Shown one piece after another: positions 58,518-62,482 of a stretch of 62,482 bases of DNA. Under the pieces are notes generated by a model. The model did not search any database. It had not been told where the DNA came from and saw only the letters and a program-made list of their open reading frames with translations. Numbering within the stretch: the stretch's first letter is position 1; the number at the start of each line of letters is the position of its first letter. The translations under genes were made by a program, and so were the position numbers. Origin of the DNA: Acidimicrobiaceae bacterium (GTDB taxonomy: Bacteria; Actinomycetota; Acidimicrobiia; Acidimicrobiales; Bog-793); NCBI GenBank assembly GCA_003159795.1, contig PLPK01000052.1, forward strand, positions 1 through 62,482, in the 5' to 3' direction.

Positions 58518-58967
58518 TCAGTCGGACGGCGGCGAGTCGCTCGCCGGGTCCGTCGGTGCGTGAGGCTCGTGTCGCGGCTTGGCCTTCCCGCGCTTGTGCC
58601 CGCGGCGGTGTGCGAGGAGCTGTCCCTGCATCCGGCTGCGGAGTTGCAGGATCCGCGCCGCGCCGGCGAGCACGACGAACAGCCCGCCGATCACGGCGGC
58701 GAACAGCAGCGCAACTCCCTGGGGCAGATGGCCGTGCACACCGAAGAAGGTGACGCGGGCGGTCTGACCGTTCTCCAGGATGAAGACGAGCAGGACAAGC
58801 AGGACGAGCAGTCCCACGACGACGGAGGCCCAGTAGCCGCTCGTTCGCGTAGGGGCGAGCGGCGAGGGCTTGGACGTGCCGGGCTTAGCTTCCGGTTCGG
58901 CCGGCACCGGCTGAGGGGTCGGTTGGTCCGCCCCGTCGGTTGCGGCCGGTTCCTCGGTGTCAGTCAT
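58518..58967 (-). CDS. LapA/DUF1049 membrane protein
   Basis: LLVFILENGQ.A.VTFF...HLPQGVALL. Confidence 0.8.
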   Translation of the reverse strand: MTDTEEPAATDGADQPTPQPVPAEPEAKPGTSKPSPLAPTRTSGYWASVVVGLLVLLVLLVFILENGQTARVTFFGVHGHLPQGVALLFAAVIGGLFVVLAGAARILQLRSRMQGQLLAHRRGHKRGKAKPRHEPHAPTDPASDSPPSD

Positions 58968-59025
58968 ATCGTGGCACCGAGTGTAGGCGCGATCGCGTCC
59001 GCGCTAACGGGACTCCGGGGACGGC

Positions 59026-60033
59026 TCAGGGTGCGGCGTTCTGCGGTGGGCCGCCCTCGCCGCCTCCGAGCCAGGCGCTGATCCGGTCGAGCACCGTCGA
59101 GATCCCCTCGCCCGCACGCTCCAGCATCACCGCGAAGCGTTGCCGGTAGTGCTCGAGCGCGGCGTCGAACTCCTCCGAGGGCGGCGGCTCCTGGCCGCGG
59201 CGCAGGTAGCTCCCGGAACGGATCCGGTCGAGCTCGCCGGCGCTCACCCACGCGATCAGTTCCCGCACCCGCCGCACGGGGAACGGGTGGGTCGTCGTGA
59301 TCTCGGCGAAGAACCTCGAGTAGCGGGCGAAGGGGTCCTTCTCCTGCTCGTACTCGGTCGCCTGGCGGATGAAGGCGTCGAGGTTGAGATCCTTCACCGG
59401 GCCGCCCGCCATGCGCATGAGCGTCTGGCAGACGACGAGAGGCTCGCCCGTGACGATCGCGCTCGCCCGGTCCGAGGTCAGCTCCGCCGCCCGTGACCAC
59501 TCGAGGAGAGCGAGATAGAGCGCGACAAGGGGCACCCCGGCGAGCGGCACGGAGCGGACCGCTCCGCGCATGATCATCTGGACGAGCTGCAACGTCGTTG
59601 TGAGGCCCACGTGGTCGGCGAGCACGTGCCCCATCTCGTGGCCAAGGACTGCCAGCAGCTCGTCGTCGGAATACGAGCCGACAAGTCCCGAGCTCACGAG
59701 GGTAACGGGCTCGTTCGTGCCGACGGTGAGGCCGCTGCCGACGGGTTCCTGGGTCACGTAGAGCTTTGGGCAGCGGCCGATGTCGAGCACATCGGCGCAG
59801 TGCTGATGCAGGGCCCAGACGCCGGGCAGCTGGTCGTCGCCCAGCCGCAGCGCGTTCCCGGTGAGGAGCTGGCGCAGTCGCCGCTCGTAACTGTGCTCGG
59901 TGAGGAGCTTCACGACCCTGTCGAGCCCAGGCACCGTGCGGATCGCCGCCGTCGCGGCCCGTTCTGCCGGGTGGGCGAAGCCCTGGGCGCTGATCCCGGG
60001 ATACCTGACCGTCGGTTCGATTGCCATCGCCAC
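59026..60033 (-). CDS. M48 family metallopeptidase
   Basis: GHEMGH, WSRAAELTSDRA, THPFPVRR. Confidence 0.9.
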   Translation of the reverse strand: MAMAIEPTVRYPGISAQGFAHPAERAATAAIRTVPGLDRVVKLLTEHSYERRLRQLLTGNALRLGDDQLPGVWALHQHCADVLDIGRCPKLYVTQEPVGSGLTVGTNEPVTLVSSGLVGSYSDDELLAVLGHEMGHVLADHVGLTTTLQLVQMIMRGAVRSVPLAGVPLVALYLALLEWSRAAELTSDRASAIVTGEPLVVCQTLMRMAGGPVKDLNLDAFIRQATEYEQEKDPFARYSRFFAEITTTHPFPVRRVRELIAWVSAGELDRIRSGSYLRRGQEPPPSEEFDAALEHYRQRFAVMLERAGEGISTVLDRISAWLGGGEGGPPQNAAP

Positions 60034-60391
60034 CGCCTCGGATCGTGTCGAGTCCTCCGCTGACCGATCGCGGACTCAGCGGACGCCCGCACCTGTTGAG
60101 CGACGCCCCGAGCCCGCCGGGGGGATCGGGAGCGACGACGGCGGCGGGAGCCTCGGCGTCCGCGGCCGCACGCGGGATGAACCGTACATCGGCTCGTCGT
60201 CGCGAAGGTCCTCGGGTCCGGATACACCCCGGAGCGTTCCCGTTGGCGGATCGCTGGACACGTCACCGGGTCGACGGCCCGCACTCGCGGCGGAGGAGGC
60301 GGGCGGAAAGTGCCGCCTCGCTATGCCCCGGTGGCGGGTGGCTTACTCGGCGCAGGAGTGGTGTGCTGGGGCGCGGGGAACCACCTGCAGC

Positions 60392-60691
60392 TCAGTGTTT
60401 ATGGATGTCTCCGGCACCGTTGAACCATTCGACGCGCGCCGGCGGGACCACCTCGGCCTTGGCGAACGCCGGGCCAAGCTGGGAGTGCATGAACTCCTCC
60501 TGGTCGGCCTTCGACTCCCAAACCTCGACGACGACCAGCTTGTCGCCCTTTTCCCCGGCGATGTGACTCAGCATCCCCTTCGGCCAGTGCTCCCAATCGG
60601 GTGTGCCGTCCCAGCCGAGAAGATGGTTCACCTTGTTGTAGAGGTTCACCGCATCGGGTGTGGAGAATTCGAGAACGACGACGTCAGCCAC
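60392..60691 (-). CDS. Small ferredoxin-like (Dabb) hypothetical protein
   Basis: GMLSH, VVEVWES motif; AAGGGGG RBS. Confidence 0.65.
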   Translation of the reverse strand: MADVVVLEFSTPDAVNLYNKVNHLLGWDGTPDWEHWPKGMLSHIAGEKGDKLVVVEVWESKADQEEFMHSQLGPAFAKAEVVPPARVEWFNGAGDIHKH

Positions 60692-61487
60692 TAGAGCCCC
60701 CCTTGGTCATTACGCAGGCGAGATATCTGCACGAGGGATGACCCTATCGGCGACGCGAGATTGGCCGGCCGGGCTAGCCCGATCGCCCCACGACTGCAAT
60801 GTTCCGGGAGCCGCCACGGGGGATCCACCCGGGGTGCCGGGTCGGCGGACACGGCGACCGGGTCCCGCGGACCCCCCGGGGGCCGGTTCCCTGGGGGCGC
60901 GCTCGCATCGGAGCCGGCAGGCCCCTGGTTCCGGGCGGCGACCGCATCCGGCCCGGGTGGAGTTCCCCGTGCGGCCCCGGTGGGTGCCGGGCGCGTCGCG
61001 CGCAGGGCGATCTGCAGTCGAGTCGTGGTCTCACGTTCGGGTTTCCGGCTCATCGCCGGTGATCTGAGCCGGCGGGCGGTTCAGAGTTTCTCGGCGAGCT
61101 TCACCAGCGAGGCGATCTTCGTCTTGGGACGCCTTTCGATTCCACGCTCGCCGGGGAGATCTTCGTACCGAAGATCGCGAGGATCCCCTGACCTGCGAGA
61201 CCCCCGGCGGTGAGCTTGAAGTACAGGGCGGGGACGCCGAAACCGGGGTACGAGGTGAACAGGAGCACGGGTCTGTTGCTCAAGTGAATTGTTATGGGCT
61301 ACCTGGCGCGATACCGATCTCTGCGAATCGGGCGCGGCCGCTTCCCCTGCCCACCGCGAGGGCGTTCGCCGATCTGTGCGCGTGACCGACCTGGCGTTCG
61401 GGGCGACGTTCTATTCACGACCGCCCAAGAACGGTTGCGTCGAGGGCACCTCACCACCCTGGAGTCGACCCGTTCTCGCGAAGCGAG

Positions 61488-62198
61488 TTAGTTCCGAGAG
61501 GGCGTCACCGAGGAGAGGGAGGTGTACACGACGAGATTCGACAGGTAGTGGTGAGTCGACGCGTCGAACTCGCCGGTGCAGGTCACAAGCTGCAGGGTGG
61601 CTCGACCTGGTGACGCGTCGTAGATGCTGCGCGCGGGAAAGCTGGTCTTCGGATAGACGTCAACGGCGTCAACAACGAAATGCGCGACGACGCCGTCGGC
61701 CAACGTGACGTTGACCGTCTCTCCCGGCCGAAGTGCTCCGAGACGGAAGAACACCGCTGGGCCAGAGACCGAGTCCACGTGGCCGAGGATCACCGCCGCA
61801 CCGAGCTGCCCAGGCGTCGGACCGAGGTGATACCAACCGGCCTCCTGCCATTCGCTCGGAACCTGCACCGTGCCATCAGGATTCAGCCCGAGCGACGTGA
61901 GCGGAGCTGCCACGTCGATCGCGGGGATGTCGAGCGCGACCGGCACGGACCGCGCCAAACCAACTTTGAGGGGGGTTGTCGTCTCTGTCGCCGGCGTCCT
62001 TGCCTGCGATGACGACGTGACGGTCGACGGTCGGATCGACCCGAGATCGTGGGCTGGCGCAGGCGGATGGTCCTGGGCCGCGAGACCGAAGCCGAGCGAG
62101 ACCGATCCACCCGTGAAGAGCAGTAACGCAAGGGCCAACCACCGGCGCACGTTGTTTCGACCGTCCTCTAGATTCGTGAGTCGACGGCGTCGACGCAT
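61488..62198 (-). CDS. Class F sortase
   Basis: N-terminal TM, IPAI, GWY, PGQLGAAVILGHVD, LVTCTG. Confidence 0.9.
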   Translation of the reverse strand: MRRRRRLTNLEDGRNNVRRWLALALLLFTGGSVSLGFGLAAQDHPPAPAHDLGSIRPSTVTSSSQARTPATETTTPLKVGLARSVPVALDIPAIDVAAPLTSLGLNPDGTVQVPSEWQEAGWYHLGPTPGQLGAAVILGHVDSVSGPAVFFRLGALRPGETVNVTLADGVVAHFVVDAVDVYPKTSFPARSIYDASPGRATLQLVTCTGEFDASTHHYLSNLVVYTSLSSVTPSRN

Positions 62199-62482
62199 CA
62201 GATCACCCTGCGGTGGGCGCCCTCGTTTCGGTCCCGGGTCGTCTCAGCTTCGAACAGCGGGCGAATCGCCACGTCACAACGCATTATTTCGGGACAACTG
62301 GCCCCTGTCAGAACCGCTCCGAGGTTCTTGAAGCGTCCGCGAGCGAAATGCCCATCAGGCGGCGACGGCGCAACCCGACGATCCCCGCTCCTGCTCCGGC
62401 GAGGAGCGCAATGGCGCCGAACCACAGGAGATTCTCATCTTTCGTACCTGAGGTGCCTCCGCCTCCAGTCGCGGGGAACCCC

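Noticed and set aside
61101-61283. 60-aa minus-strand ORF downstream of the sortase
   Set aside because: No RBS or recognisable motif, so it cannot be supported as a gene or a sortase substrate.

Overview
High-GC actinobacterial chromosome segment (probably Acidimicrobiia-like; inferred from gene content and LexA box type). Housekeeping and accessory genes include a G1P dehydrogenase, SulP, a DevR-like regulator, a fused MurT-GatD, TldD/E, a cobalamin-riboswitch-controlled Btu-like ABC transporter, FTR1, pdxST, guaB, an Rpf-like transglycosylase, surE, SRAP, a LexA-controlled imuA'-imuB-(amidase)-dnaE2 mutasome, an anSME-like radical SAM enzyme, an M48 protease and a class F sortase. The most striking part is an island between pdxT and guaB (~20.4-29.1 kb). 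It encodes a TIR-helical-TM-WD40x12 protein convergent with a NUDIX gene and an 828-aa RelA/SpoT synthetase-TPR-SLOG-RyR fusion. I infer a Thoeris-like TIR->SLOG second-messenger defence/conflict system with an alarmone-synthetase effector. Also found: a 325-bp MITE-like element (23-bp perfect TIRs, 8-bp target duplication) carrying a small membrane ORF next to the imuA' SOS box, and a dnaE2 whose predicted leaderless start codon is ATC. All domain calls are from motif recognition by eye; no searches were run.
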